Shown here: in pieces, positions 52,846 through 60,215 of the stretch
Layout: every line of letters begins with the position of its first letter
Numbering within the stretch: position 1 is the stretch's first letter
Source: Octopus bimaculoides
Lineage: Eukaryota
Reading direction: 5' to 3'
NCBI RefSeq assembly: GCF_001194135.2
Contig: NC_068995.1
Coordinates: forward strand, 14,298,332-14,362,331
DNA length: 64,000 nt
The notes under the pieces: model-generated
Seen by the model: the letters and a program-made list of their open reading frames with translations, nothing else
Database searches by the model: none
Told to the model about the DNA's origin: nothing
Translations under genes and position numbers: made by a program

Positions 52846-55800
52846 GTAATATTTATGTAGCATTGGTTAAGTCTGACTTCCATAAAGATTGTTCTAAGAG
52901 CACCATTTGTCTTTATATATTGAGGTCTTTATGGCTGATTGATATCGGTTTAGCCCAGGGGGTAGGTAGCTCATTTTTAAGCATAGTATATCCAGGACTA
53001 CATTATAAAATGCTACTTTCTTTTCAAAAATGGTTTGGTGTGATTTTTGAGTAAGATTTACTTGATATTTCTAGCAGATCAAGCAACCATGTCAAGAGTC
53101 TTGTTGGGTGGTATAATTCACTGCTGTAGGCACCAGTACTGCAATGGAACTCTGTGAACCTACAGTGCTAAGTTCTATTGCTCCTGTGGGAAGTCTATTT
53201 TGAGCAAAATCTTAGGCCAGTGGGAGATTCAACACATGGAGTGGGGTGGCAGTTAAACACAGGAGATTAGCTGTGAACCTGGGGATCTTTTGATTCAGAT
53301 ATATAAATGATCTAGTTTAACCTAATTATATTTCAGTATACCTTCATTTTATCTATGTGTGTGTATATACATACACAGACACACTCACATACACATAGTT
53401 TTGGCATTTTAAAAAAGGAAAATTTAAAGTTAATACAATGGCATTTTGGTCTAGACACTTCAGTTATACAAGTAATTAATCATTTCATTTTTTCTTGTTT
53501 TTGTTGTCTTTAATGTGTAATATCTTATGCAGCATGGCTATATTTTTCATCATAATGAAGCTTTTGATATTTTTTTTTACTTTTTGTTGTTACTTTAAAA
53601 AAATATTTGTTTAATCTTGTAAATGATTCCACATGTGAACAGTTTTTATGCAACAAGTAAAAACAAAAACAAAAAAAAAATTGCTTAATGCACACCAGCA
53701 CTTAATGAATATTTTCTTTTTTCGTCTATTTAACATCATGTAGCTTTGGCTTTTAAAGATATTTTAAAACCTTGTGCTATATTATATATAAACTTGCAGA
53801 GTTTCTCATTTCTTACTTTAGCTTTAATAGTTTAAGTTCTTCATTATTCTTTTTCTGTTTCAGAATATCTTTAGTTTTATGAATTAAAACAATCAAAATA
53901 TTGGTGCACCCTTTTGCTTATGAAAATATTTTATAATTAAGCAAACTGCAAATACCTCTGCTTCTTGTTAATTTGTTTTTTCTCTTTTTAAGGTGAATAT
54001 GCTGTCAGTTTCATCCCTAAAGAAAATGGAACTCACCTTGTCCATGTTACTTTCGATGGTTGTCACATCCCAGGCAGTCCTTTCAGAGTACTTGTTGGCA
54101 AAGTTGATGCTGATCCAGGAAGGGTCACTGCTTACGGAGAAGGCTTATATCAAGGACGTACACGTAAGTAACTATTAGTCTTTGACTTGGAGCAATATTG
54201 TCTTAAGGCATGGGCACACTAGGCTGTTTCCCAGAAGTCCCTGAAATCCCAGTGATGCTAAGATGGCTCTGACTTGGAAGCTAGTTCTGTTTGCTATCAA
54301 TTTGAAGGAAATTGTTGAATCTTTTGTTTCGGTCATTACACTGCAGCCATGCTGGAGCACCACCTTCAAGAGTTTCTAGTTGAATAAATCAAACCCAATA
54401 CCTTTTATTATTATTATTTTTTTAAAGCCTGGTACTTATTTTATTGGTCTTTTTGCTGAACCTCTAAGTTATGGGGATGTAAACAAACCAAGCAGTTGTG
54501 GAGGACCACTCACAATGAGCTTCTTTTCAGTTTTTCTCTACCAAATCTACTTGTGAGGCTATAAGATGACATTTACCCAAGGTGCCACGCAGTCTGACTG
54601 AACTTGAAACTATGTGGTTGGGAAGCAAGCTTCTCAACCACATATGTCCCTATATTGAACTTCTTGATTCGTTCAAACAAGTTTTCCAATTTAGCCTCCT
54701 CCAAATTTTTTCTCTCTAAATCCATTGAAGAACATTATTTGTAAGAGTCAATTTTGATGGAACTTTGTATTCTAAATGAAAAAAATTTTTTTTTTTTAAA
54801 TACGGATTATTTTAAAGGATTTTGCAGATTATTTAAAAATTTAATTTCAGAATAATAAACAGAAAATTTGAATTTCATATTTTAATGAAATATCTAATTT
54901 CTATATTACCTTGTATAGATGTATCTAAAACTAAGATATGTTTGTGTTGGCCAGTGATATGGCATTTTAAATGTAAAAATATTTTTTTGTAGTTTTTATT
55001 TTTATGCCATTGGAATCCGTTTTCAAATATCTAATTTTTTTTTATTTAAAAAAAGAGATGGCAGTTAACTTTCTAATAGACTCTTTGACTGCAATTCACC
55101 TAAGACCATACCTAGTTTTATAAGGCAAAGCTCATTTTAAATTACTCATCTTTTAATAATTTTGCATTCAGAAAATAAAAAAAGTTAATTTAAAACCCTC
55201 TAGGTAATATATTTCTTGATGTATGGTCGCAAAGGTATTAAGCTGTTGCTAAAAACCTACAGTGCAAATGAAAGCTTAATGTGGTTTGAATTTCGTTTTT
55301 GTAGGTCAAGTAGCCAAATTCATAATTAGCACAGTTAATGCCGGCTCTGGTGCATTAGCCGTTACTGTTGAAGGCCCATCTAAGGTGAAATTAGACTGCC
55401 GAGAAGTTGAAGAAGGATATGAATTCAGCTACACACCAACAGCACCCGGAGACTATCTTATTAATATCCGTTATGGTGGAGTTGGTATTGCTGGTTCTCC
55501 ATTCAAAGCAAAGATTACAGGTAGGCTCTCTCTTTCTCCTCTCCTCTCTCTCTCTTTTTCTTCTCTCTTTTCTTTCTCTCTCTCCTCTTTCTCTCTCTCT
55601 CTCTCTTTTTTCTCTCTCTCCCTTTCTCTTTCTCTCTCTCTCTCCCTTTCTCTTTCTCTCCCTTTCTCTTTCTCTCCCTTTCTCTTTCTCTCCCTTTCTC
55701 TTTCTCTCCCTTTCTCTTTCTCTCCCTTTCTCTTTCTCTCCCTTTCTCTTTCTCTCCCTTTCTCTTTCTCTCCCTTTCTCTTTCTCTCCCTTTCTCTTTC

Positions 55801-58604
55801 TCTCCCTTTCTCTCCCTTTCTCTCCCTTTCTCTTTCTCTCTCTTTCTCTCTCTTTCTCTCTCTTTCTCTCTCTTTCTCTCTCTTTCTCTCTCTTTCTCTC
55901 TCTTTCTCTCTCTTTCTCTCTCTTTCTNNNNNNNNNNNNNNNNNNNNNNNNNNNNNNNNNNNNNNNNNNNNNNNNNNNNNNNNNNNNNNNNNNNNNNNNN
56001 NNNNNNNNNNNNNNNNNNNNNNNNNNNNNNNNNNNNNNNNNNNNNNNNNNNNNNNNNNNNNNNNNNNNNNNNNNNNNNNNNNNNNNNNNNNNNNNNNNNN
56101 NNNNNNNNNNNNNNNNNNNNNNNNNNNNNNNNNNNNNNNNNNNNNNNNNNNNNNNNNTCTCTTTCTCTCCCTTTCTCTTTCTCTCCCTTTCTCTTTCTCT
56201 CTCTTTCTCTCCCTTTCTCTTTCTCTCCCTTTCTCTTTCTCTCCCTTTCTCTTTCTCTCCCTTTCTCTTTCTCTATATTCTCATGAGTGAGTGATGGTTA
56301 AACAAGTATAAGGAGTAGGTGTGATGTATTAAAAAAAAAGATAAAAACCTTTTTAAATTATACAATTGAACATTGATTATCTGAATGAAGCAGGCAGCGC
56401 ATTTTGTTTGAATAACTGATTGTTTAGATATGTGATTTTGTCTTAAAAGAAGCTATACTAAACATTGAGATCCTGGATAATCTGAGATTCAGATATTAAA
56501 TGTTCAGTTAACTGAGAGCTGGGCTACAAGTAGTTTATTGAAATGTGAATTGAGAAACAACCACCAATGCTATGATGTTATGTTGTAAAGAATCCTTAGA
56601 ATATTTAGGCCAGATATAACTAGCTCAAAAGCTAAAGGACTACTTGTTTTATGTTCAAATTGGCCAGGTCTAGCATCTCTCACCTACCTGACAATGTCAT
56701 TCTGAGAATAATGACATCATTAAAACCTTGAAGCTACATGATAATGTGGGATTTATTCAAAATGGTGAATAAATTAAGAATTACATTTGACACGGCAAAC
56801 TGAACGCTAAATTGTTAGAACTCATCCAAGCTTTTAATTTTGTTTCCTTCATATATAAAAAGCCCCAAACTGTTAACAATGTAGGTGTTATATGCAATGT
56901 AGTAAACTTGAATTGCAAATGTTTTAAAAATTTGACTTTGTTTCTGTTTTTAGGTGATGGCCATGCTTCTGGATTCCATGAGCAAGCTTCAGTTGTTGTA
57001 GAGACTGTCACTAAAACCAGCACAACTACTCGCTTCAGTGGTGTACAGCAATACCAATCTGATCCCAGTAAAGTTGTTGCTCGTGGTAATGGATTAAACT
57101 CTGCAGTTCGTGGCAAGGCTAACACTTTCACCATTGATACTACCAATGCTGGTAAGTACTTTGTCACTTTTTACTTTATGATTTTTAACATTAGCTGAGG
57201 GTCACAGATTGTGTGGATGATTTTTAAGCTTGCTCTTTGGCTTATGTCTCTCTTAAGAAATAGTTCTTATTTCTGGTTTCCATCATCATCATCATCGTTT
57301 AACGTCCACTTTCCATGCTAGCATGGGTTGGACGATTTGACTGAGGACTGGTGAACCAGATGGCTACACCAAGCTCCAATCAGATTTGGTAGTTTCTACA
57401 GCTGGATGCTCTTCCTAACGCCAAACACTTCCATAAGTGTGTAAAAGATGCTCCATCTTTTGGATAGTAAAACAATAGAATCCAAAGAAACCAGTGACTA
57501 GTAAAACAAATGAGAACACTGGAATATATATATATGTACTGTGAGGAAGGAATGAAGTCTGTTTTTTCATCAGAGAACTAGAAGGGAAAAGTTAACTGAT
57601 TAATATATTGGGATTAGTGAGAAAGACAGGGGAATTGGGGAAGTAACCAGTGTCAATAAAAAGGGCCAGAGTGAGGAAATAATAGAAGGAATGGCAAAGT
57701 GTTGGAGAGGGGAGGTAATGACAGGAAAACACTACATATGTCTGTAATTAATACACATGCACAAACATAAATATGTATGTGTAATGTGTGTATATTATAT
57801 GGACCCTTGCACATTTATACATTGAAAACTGCACTGTGCCCCAGTATTGTATTTATATCTGACTCACTGGAAGGTCCTGTTGAATTGAGCATACCAGCAT
57901 GGAAAAATGGCCTTAAATGATCATTCAGATATATGTAAATTTAAGTGAGATTCTTGTGGAAACCTTGTAGAATGCTGAATAAAATGGCAAGAGTTTCTAA
58001 TGAAGAACTTATTTAAGCAATCATCTGACGAGGTGCATTCTATATGTGGGATGTAAGATAAATAACTGTGCACTTATGAACTACAGGTGCAAGAATGCAT
58101 CGGATCAATTATAGAGGTTTTTAAATAATGAATGTCATTAATTTCATTTTCTATCATTTGTCTAAATAAATAAATCTTCTGGCCATGAATCCTGTTGAGG
58201 TCAACTTTGCCTTTCATCCAAGGCTGGTAAAGTATCAGACAAGCACTAGAGTAGATTTAATGGATTAACACTCTCTCCCTTGTGTGTGTGTATGTGTGAT
58301 AGGATGTTCTTTCCAGGAAATATTCAGGATGGTATGAAGCTTGTATGCGTAGGATTCTCTCCAGCATAGATGGTTTCAACACTATTAAACTTGTTTCCTC
58401 TCTTCTGTTGTTGCAGGTGTCAATATAATGTTCGTTGGTATGCGAGGACCCAAAGGACCTTGTGAGGAATTAGTGGTGAAGCATCTTGGAAATAACCAGT
58501 ACAATGTGTCTTATCTCGTGCAGGAAGTCGGAGAATATATGCTGATGGTGAAATGGGGCGATGATCACATCCCTGGCAGTCCATTCTGTGTAAAAGTTCA
58601 GTGA
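667..58604 (+). CDS. FLN: Filamin (FLNA/B/C co-orthologue, Drosophila cheerio-like), 5'-truncated multi-exon gene; 35 visible coding exons
   Basis: Spliced exons give the end of CH2 ([13 protein letters not shown]) and 22 filamin Ig repeats with (Y/A)GPG...G(S/K)PF motifs. The C-terminal dimerisation repeat ends [17 protein letters not shown]. All introns are GT-AG with matching phases; the summed length of 6390 nt is divisible by 3. Confidence 0.97.
1006..1198 (+). mobile_element. Octopus-type SINE, family A (representative copy)
   Basis: Recurs throughout the window (about 6915, 16130, 29045, 30925, 31190, 58190 and 60649 on +; 8098, 61131 and 62329-63952 on -). Core gagttcaaattctgcc...ctttcatcctt...gataaaataagtacc recalls the Nin/Deu SINE domain; family name not verified. 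Confidence 0.8.
1795..2032 (+). CDS. FLN: Filamin exon: Ig1 end and Ig2 start
   Basis: tttcag acceptor; CEVVFNQ...FTISLK; gtaagg donor; phase 0/1. Confidence 0.95.
2262..2462 (+). CDS. FLN: Filamin exon: Ig2
   Basis: gatag acceptor; DAGEGPVDV...SVTIST; gtgagt donor; phase 1/1. Confidence 0.95.
2606..2743 (+). CDS. FLN: Filamin exon: Ig3 first half
   Basis: aatag acceptor; [13 protein letters not shown]...ITGP; gtaatt donor. Confidence 0.95.
3664..3921 (+). CDS. FLN: Filamin exon: Ig3 end and Ig4 start
   Basis: accag acceptor; GNSNEPV...ETGAL; gtacgt donor. Confidence 0.95.
5065..5258 (+). CDS. FLN: Filamin exon: Ig4 end
   Basis: gacag acceptor; [11 protein letters not shown]...FDPLK; gtgaga donor; phase 1/0. 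Confidence 0.95.
5771..5880 (+). mobile_element. Penelope-like element pLTR relic with a decayed hammerhead ribozyme
   Basis: cac-TTGAAGA-a-GGCTG-gagtgtaca-CAGCC-AAAAATGTA-gtg: hammerhead layout with core mutations consistent with CpG decay. Confidence 0.55.
6150..6407 (+). CDS. FLN: Filamin exon: Ig5
   Basis: ttttag acceptor; VVAFGPG...KSPFR; gtaagt donor; phase 0/0. Confidence 0.95.
8098..8305 (-). mobile_element. Family A SINE, reverse orientation
   Basis: Reverse complement of the 1006-1198 type repeat. Confidence 0.8.
8461..8572 (+). CDS. FLN: Filamin exon: Ig6 start (not in the ORF track)
   Basis: tttacag acceptor; [37 protein letters not shown]; gtaaga donor; phase 0/1. Confidence 0.95.
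9812..10053. other. Assembly gap
   Basis: N run. Confidence 1.
10124..10348 (+). CDS. FLN: Filamin exon: Ig6 end joined directly to an Ig8-like start
   Basis: tttag acceptor; GDVAISL...[20 protein letters not shown]; gtaagt donor. Confidence 0.95.
10938..11507 (+). CDS. FLN: Filamin exon (570 nt, the largest): Ig8-like, Ig9-like and Ig11-like start
   Basis: gtttag acceptor; TQEVGKEK...GPGVEKT; gtaaac donor. Confidence 0.95.
14092..14455. other. Assembly gap
   Basis: N run. Confidence 1.
15771..15944 (+). CDS. FLN: Filamin exon: Ig11-like
   Basis: gtgcag acceptor; [10 protein letters not shown]...MPIEQ; gtaaat donor. Confidence 0.95.
16793..16875. repeat. Compound (TG)n(AC)n(GC)n microsatellite, 83 bp of alternating purine-pyrimidine
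   Basis: Seen directly. Confidence 0.95.
17034..17144 (+). CDS. FLN: Filamin exon: Ig11 end and Ig12 start
   Basis: ttttag acceptor; GPYAVDISY...[12 protein letters not shown]; gtaaga donor. Confidence 0.95.
17931..18228. mobile_element. hAT (Charlie-like) MITE
   Basis: TIRs CAGGCATATCAAAC and revcomp CAGGCATGTCACAC (12/14); 8-bp TSD ATTTATCG / GTTTATAG (6/8). Confidence 0.7.
18298..18510 (+). CDS. FLN: Filamin exon: Ig12-like
   Basis: ttccag acceptor; [11 protein letters not shown]...DKHIP; gtaagt donor. Confidence 0.95.
19382..19555 (+). CDS. FLN: Filamin exon: Ig12 end and Ig13 start
   Basis: tttcag acceptor; GSPFHVPV...VTDKF; gtaaaa donor. Confidence 0.95.
20435..20555 (+). CDS. FLN: Filamin exon: Ig13 second half
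   Basis: atctag acceptor; GKRPAEV...QHVPK; gtaaat donor; phase 1/2. Confidence 0.93.
21210..21360 (+). CDS. FLN: Filamin exon: Ig13 end and Ig14 start (not in the ORF track)
   Basis: ttccag acceptor; [22 protein letters not shown]...LEVSIQ; gtaaat donor; phase 2/0. Confidence 0.95.
21996..22185 (+). CDS. FLN: Filamin exon: Ig14 end and Ig15 start (not in the ORF track)
   Basis: aaatag acceptor; RPDGTFVKP...[10 protein letters not shown]; gtgagt donor; phase 0/1. Confidence 0.95.
23003..23247 (+). CDS. FLN: Filamin exon: Ig15
   Basis: ttacag acceptor; KGTEKTV...DGKYQVE; gtaagt donor; phase 1/0. Confidence 0.94.
27073..27120 (+). CDS. FLN: 48-nt hinge-1 exon, [16 protein letters not shown] (probable cassette exon)
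   Basis: Pyrimidine tract plus ctatag acceptor; perfect AAG|gtaagt donor; open, phase 0/0; continues the Ig15 G strand (QVE-AV). Confidence 0.85.
29045..29242 (+). mobile_element. Family A SINE
   Basis: aggcagcaagctggctgaatc head and ggacttgtgcaaaaatttaaaac tail. Confidence 0.8.
29587..29698 (+). CDS. FLN: Filamin exon: hinge 1 and Ig16 start (not in the ORF track)
   Basis: ttttag acceptor; [37 protein letters not shown]; gttagt donor; phase 0/1. Confidence 0.9.
30712..30852 (+). CDS. FLN: Filamin exon: Ig16
   Basis: tcttag acceptor; [10 protein letters not shown]...NEPVY; gtgaga donor. Confidence 0.95.
31420..31548 (+). CDS. FLN: Filamin exon: Ig16 end and Ig17 start
   Basis: taacag acceptor; GSPFHFHV...KDAGA; gtcagt donor. 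Confidence 0.95.
32181..32345 (-). mobile_element. Young CpG-rich tRNA-derived SINE
   Basis: The minus strand has a Pol III A box TGGCCCAGTGG and B box GTTTCGATTCC in a tRNA-Arg-like head but no intact cloverleaf. Consistent with the octopus OR-type SINEs (not verified). Confidence 0.7.
32655..32828 (+). CDS. FLN: Filamin exon: Ig17
   Basis: tttcag acceptor; [12 protein letters not shown]...KPKIT; gtacgt donor. Confidence 0.95.
33549..33710 (+). CDS. FLN: Filamin exon: Ig18 including its A strand ([10 protein letters not shown])
   Basis: ttacag acceptor; PSEPRRRAQ...SNGHL; gtaact donor. Confidence 0.95.
34157..34360 (+). CDS. FLN: Filamin exon: Ig18 end and Ig19 start
   Basis: tttcag acceptor; [12 protein letters not shown]...TKEA; weaker gtgtgt donor in the required phase 1. 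Confidence 0.93.
34886..34949. repeat. (TA)n microsatellite preceded by (GT)n
   Basis: Seen directly; other (CA)n/(TA)n tracts near 6441, 6611, 9763, 14060, 15052, 39236 and 49525. Confidence 0.95.
35268..35420 (+). CDS. FLN: Filamin exon: Ig19, ending before the G strand
   Basis: tttcag acceptor; [14 protein letters not shown]...ADVHVP; gtaatt donor; phase 1. Confidence 0.95.
36217..36967. other. Assembly gap (may hide the Ig19-G/Ig20-A exon)
   Basis: N run. Confidence 1.
38053..38073 (+). CDS. Candidate 21-nt microexon, (E)NYLAIR(G)
   Basis: tttttcctacag|AAAATTATTTGGCTATCAGAG|gtaact; phase 1/1, frame-preserving, no stop. Confidence 0.45.
39149..39154 (+). promoter_or_regulatory. Candidate Inr (TCAGTT) of an internal filamin promoter
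   Basis: Matches the protostome Inr consensus TCAKTY; GGGTGGGAGGGGG box at 38969-38981; no ATG between the motif and 39382. Confidence 0.35.
39382..39520 (+). CDS. FLN: Candidate alternative first coding exon of a short C-terminal filamin isoform
   Basis: CAAAATG start context after an A-rich leader; 46 open codons plus G; TTG|gtaaga donor in phase 1, matching the 45423 acceptor. Confidence 0.6.
41135..41311. mobile_element. hAT (Charlie/Buster-like) MITE, 177 bp
   Basis: TIRs CAGTGCTCCTCAAC and revcomp CAGTGCTCCGCAAC (13/14); perfect 8-bp TSD GTCTATAT at 41127-41134 and 41312-41319. Confidence 0.9.
42019..42349. other. Assembly gap (may hide the Ig19-G/Ig20-A exon)
   Basis: N run. Confidence 1.
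43908..44220. mobile_element. Possible piggyBac-like relic
   Basis: Bounded by TTAA on both sides; imperfect termini sharing AAAGTGC; subterminal palindrome aacggccac-gatt-gtggcccgtt. Confidence 0.4.
45423..45587 (+). CDS. FLN: Filamin exon: Ig20 body
   Basis: ttgtag acceptor; [16 protein letters not shown]...DMHIP; gtgagc donor. Confidence 0.95.
45733..45834 (+). CDS. FLN: Filamin exon: Ig20 end and Ig21 start (not in the ORF track)
   Basis: ttttag acceptor; [34 protein letters not shown]; gtaagt donor. Confidence 0.95.
46074..46211 (+). CDS. FLN: Filamin exon: Ig21 including the ligand-binding CD face
   Basis: ctaaag acceptor; [29 protein letters not shown]...CTEP; gtcagt donor. Confidence 0.95.
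46359..46489 (+). CDS. FLN: Filamin exon: Ig21 end and Ig22 start (not in the ORF track)
   Basis: ttgcag acceptor; [19 protein letters not shown]...SLQEKGLQ; gtaata donor; phase 1/0. Confidence 0.95.
47312..47429 (+). CDS. FLN: Filamin exon: Ig22 first half
   Basis: ttctag acceptor; VNKPAVFKV...NEINE; gtaatt donor; phase 0/1. Confidence 0.95.
47530..48033. mobile_element. piggyBac-type MITE carrying a nested SINE
   Basis: TTAA|CCCTTTGAAC...GTTCAAAGGG|TTAA: perfect 10-bp TIRs with TTAA TSDs; SINE-like sequence at about 47560-47880. Confidence 0.75.
50661..50897 (+). mobile_element. 3' end of a HERO-like RLE non-LTR retrotransposon (decayed)
   Basis: [24 protein letters not shown]-(W)IKR resembles the recalled HERO C-terminus ITEAAEKASRWLWIKR; downstream GATCAACCCCAGCTGGG resembles the recalled HERO 3' UTR. 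Confidence 0.6.
51595..51824 (+). mobile_element. Mariner-derived MITE; right TIR lost in the 10-N gap
   Basis: TA plus TTGAGTTGGTGCGTAATTATTGC left end; subterminal cttttttcaacaaattt mirrored at 51797-51812; internal [17 protein letters not shown] resembles a mariner transposase C-terminus. Confidence 0.75.
53993..54163 (+). CDS. FLN: Filamin exon: Ig22 end and Ig23 start
   Basis: tttaag acceptor; [13 protein letters not shown]...YQGRT; gtaagt donor. Confidence 0.95.
55305..55520 (+). CDS. FLN: Filamin exon: Ig23
   Basis: ttgtag acceptor; QVAKFIIST...GSPFKAKIT; gtaggc donor. Confidence 0.95.
55526..56273. repeat. Purine-free C/T minisatellite (16-bp unit ctttctctttctctcc and 10-bp unit tctttctctc) spanning a gap
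   Basis: 55526-55927 contains only C and T; resumes after the gap at 56158. Confidence 0.95.
55928..56157. other. Assembly gap
   Basis: N run. Confidence 1.
56954..57151 (+). CDS. FLN: Filamin exon: hinge 2 and Ig24 start
   Basis: ttttag acceptor; [19 protein letters not shown]...DTTNA; gtaagt donor. Confidence 0.95.
57281..57432 (-). mobile_element. Family B retroposon with an (ATG)n tail
   Basis: catcatcatcgtttaacgtccactttccatgc..., nearly identical to 63659-63807; older copies near 5280, 16360, 18960, 20790, 46650 and 61378. Confidence 0.8.
58417..58604 (+). CDS. FLN: Filamin last coding exon: Ig24 dimerisation domain, stop TGA
   Basis: ttgcag acceptor; [33 protein letters not shown]...GSPFCVKVQ*. 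Confidence 0.96.
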
Positions 58605-59134
58605 ATCAATCTTACCTCCCATCCTCTTATTTTTCCCAATTTTGTTAAATGACCCCCACCCTCGCCACTTCCTTTTCATGACTTCCCCTGTCAACTTCCG
58701 AGAGTAACCTTTGTAACTTTTTTTTGAGTGCACGCGGAGTGAACCATGACACACCAACATCACTGTCGGATTATATCTGAATCTCAAGAAACCAGTTTCA
58801 GCCAATGATGCTACCCATCGATTCGATTATATTTTGAAGCTTCCTCATCCAACAGATGAAAACAAAATAATTTGTTACAAAATATATTCAATTTGCTATA
58901 TTTTTTCTTCTTTTTTTTTTGAAAATGGTGCTTTTTTTTTTTATAAATATATAATACTTCTGTTGATTTCCTCGCAGTTTCGCTTGTCCACATTGACAAA
59001 TTATATTTATTGGATTAAGCTTTCCTTACAAGCAATTACTGTTACTGAGCTTTATATTCTAGTCTTAAAATTGAAACTTTTTTGCAAATTTTTTTTTTAT
59101 ATATATTCTATAATGCTGAAGAAATATTGAGATT

Positions 59135-59140
59135 AATAAA
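59135..59140 (+). terminator. Candidate polyadenylation signal AATAAA of the filamin 3' UTR
   Basis: First AATAAA I found after the stop (about 530 nt downstream), followed by T-rich sequence. A gap starts at 59225, so the UTR could be longer. Confidence 0.5.
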
Positions 59141-59224
59141 AGGAAATTTATAATTTTTTTTTCTTACATGTATTGGAAACAAAGAAAATCAAACTATTTT
59201 TGTTAGTTATATTTGTACAAATTT

Positions 59225-59841
59225 NNNNNNNNNNNNNNNNNNNNNNNNNNNNNNNNNNNNNNNNNNNNNNNNNNNNNNNNNNNNNNNNNNNNNNNNNNNN
59301 NNNNNNNNNNNNNNNNNNNNNNNNNNNNNNNNNNNNNNNNNNNNNNNNNNNNNNNNNNNNNNNNNNNNNNNNNNNNNNNNNNNNNNNNNNNNNNNNNNNN
59401 NNNNNNNNNNNNNNNNNNNNNNNNNNNNNNNNNNNNNNNNNNNNNNNNNNNNNNNNNNNNNNNNNNNNNNNNNNNNNNNNNNNNNNNNNNNNNNNNNNNN
59501 NNNNNNNNNNNNNNNNNNNNNNNNNNNNNNNNNNNNNNNNNNNNNNNNNNNNNNNNNNNNNNNNNNNNNNNNNNNNNNNNNNNNNNNNNNNNNNNNNNNN
59601 NNNNNNNNNNNNNNNNNNNNNNNNNNNNNNNNNNNNNNNNNNNNNNNNNNNNNNNNNNNNNNNNNNNNNNNNNNNNNNNNNNNNNNNNNNNNNNNNNNNN
59701 NNNNNNNNNNNNNNNNNNNNNNNNNNNNNNNNNNNNNNNNNNNNNNNNNNNNNNNNNNNNNNNNNNNNNNNNNNNNNNNNNNNNNNNNNNNNNNNNNNNN
59801 NNNNNNNNNNNNNNNNNNNNNNNNNNNNNNNNNNNNNNNNN
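59225..59841. other. Assembly gap
   Basis: N run. Confidence 1.
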
Positions 59842-59879
<38 letters not shown>

Positions 59880-59959
59880 CTGAATTAAAAAGCGAAGATT
59901 AAGAGTGTATATGACCACTAATCCATCTGTATTGATCAGATTATCAAATGTTATATACT

Positions 59960-60215
59960 GCGGGTCACAATGTGCTTACAATTCTGCCTTGGTTACACCA
60001 TTCTTTTCCACCTTGGCCCAAATTGTTTTAAATTATCTTCCCATCATGGAGGCCTTCTGAATGGCTTTTTCCAATCTTTTGGATTGCCACTTGTTAACTG
60101 CACAAATCCATCTGCTGTCTGTGAACTTCGCATGTCCACTCCAGCAGAAACGTGCTTTTGGTATTCTGCTATAACATTGTTCACTCTGCTTTGTTCCTGA
60201 ATCACCTTATTTCAG
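59960..60215 (-). mobile_element. RTE-clade LINE 3' fragment (decayed)
   Basis: Minus-strand CWSGHAKFTDSRWICAVNKWQ..DWKKPFRRPP*WEDNL (one frameshift) matches the RTE motif WAGHVAR..DNRW...W..R..GRPP.RW. Confidence 0.7.

Noticed and set aside
55521-56294. Ser/Leu/Phe-rich extension of ORFs 55286-56290 and 55407-56294
   Set aside because: Read-through of the real exon into a C/T minisatellite; the donor at 55521 and the next exon fit the filamin alignment.
667-58604. U12-type or non-canonical introns
   Set aside because: All traced introns are GT-AG and none has the GTATCCTT donor.
58926-58932. miR-29 family 7-mer seed match TGGTGCT in the 3' UTR
   Set aside because: A single 7-mer in about 550 nt is not significant without conservation data.
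9698-59918. Long ORFs in the track containing X runs (9698, 13983, 36057-37069, 42014, 59148-59918)
   Set aside because: Artefacts of N gaps and flanking microsatellites; no coding signal.
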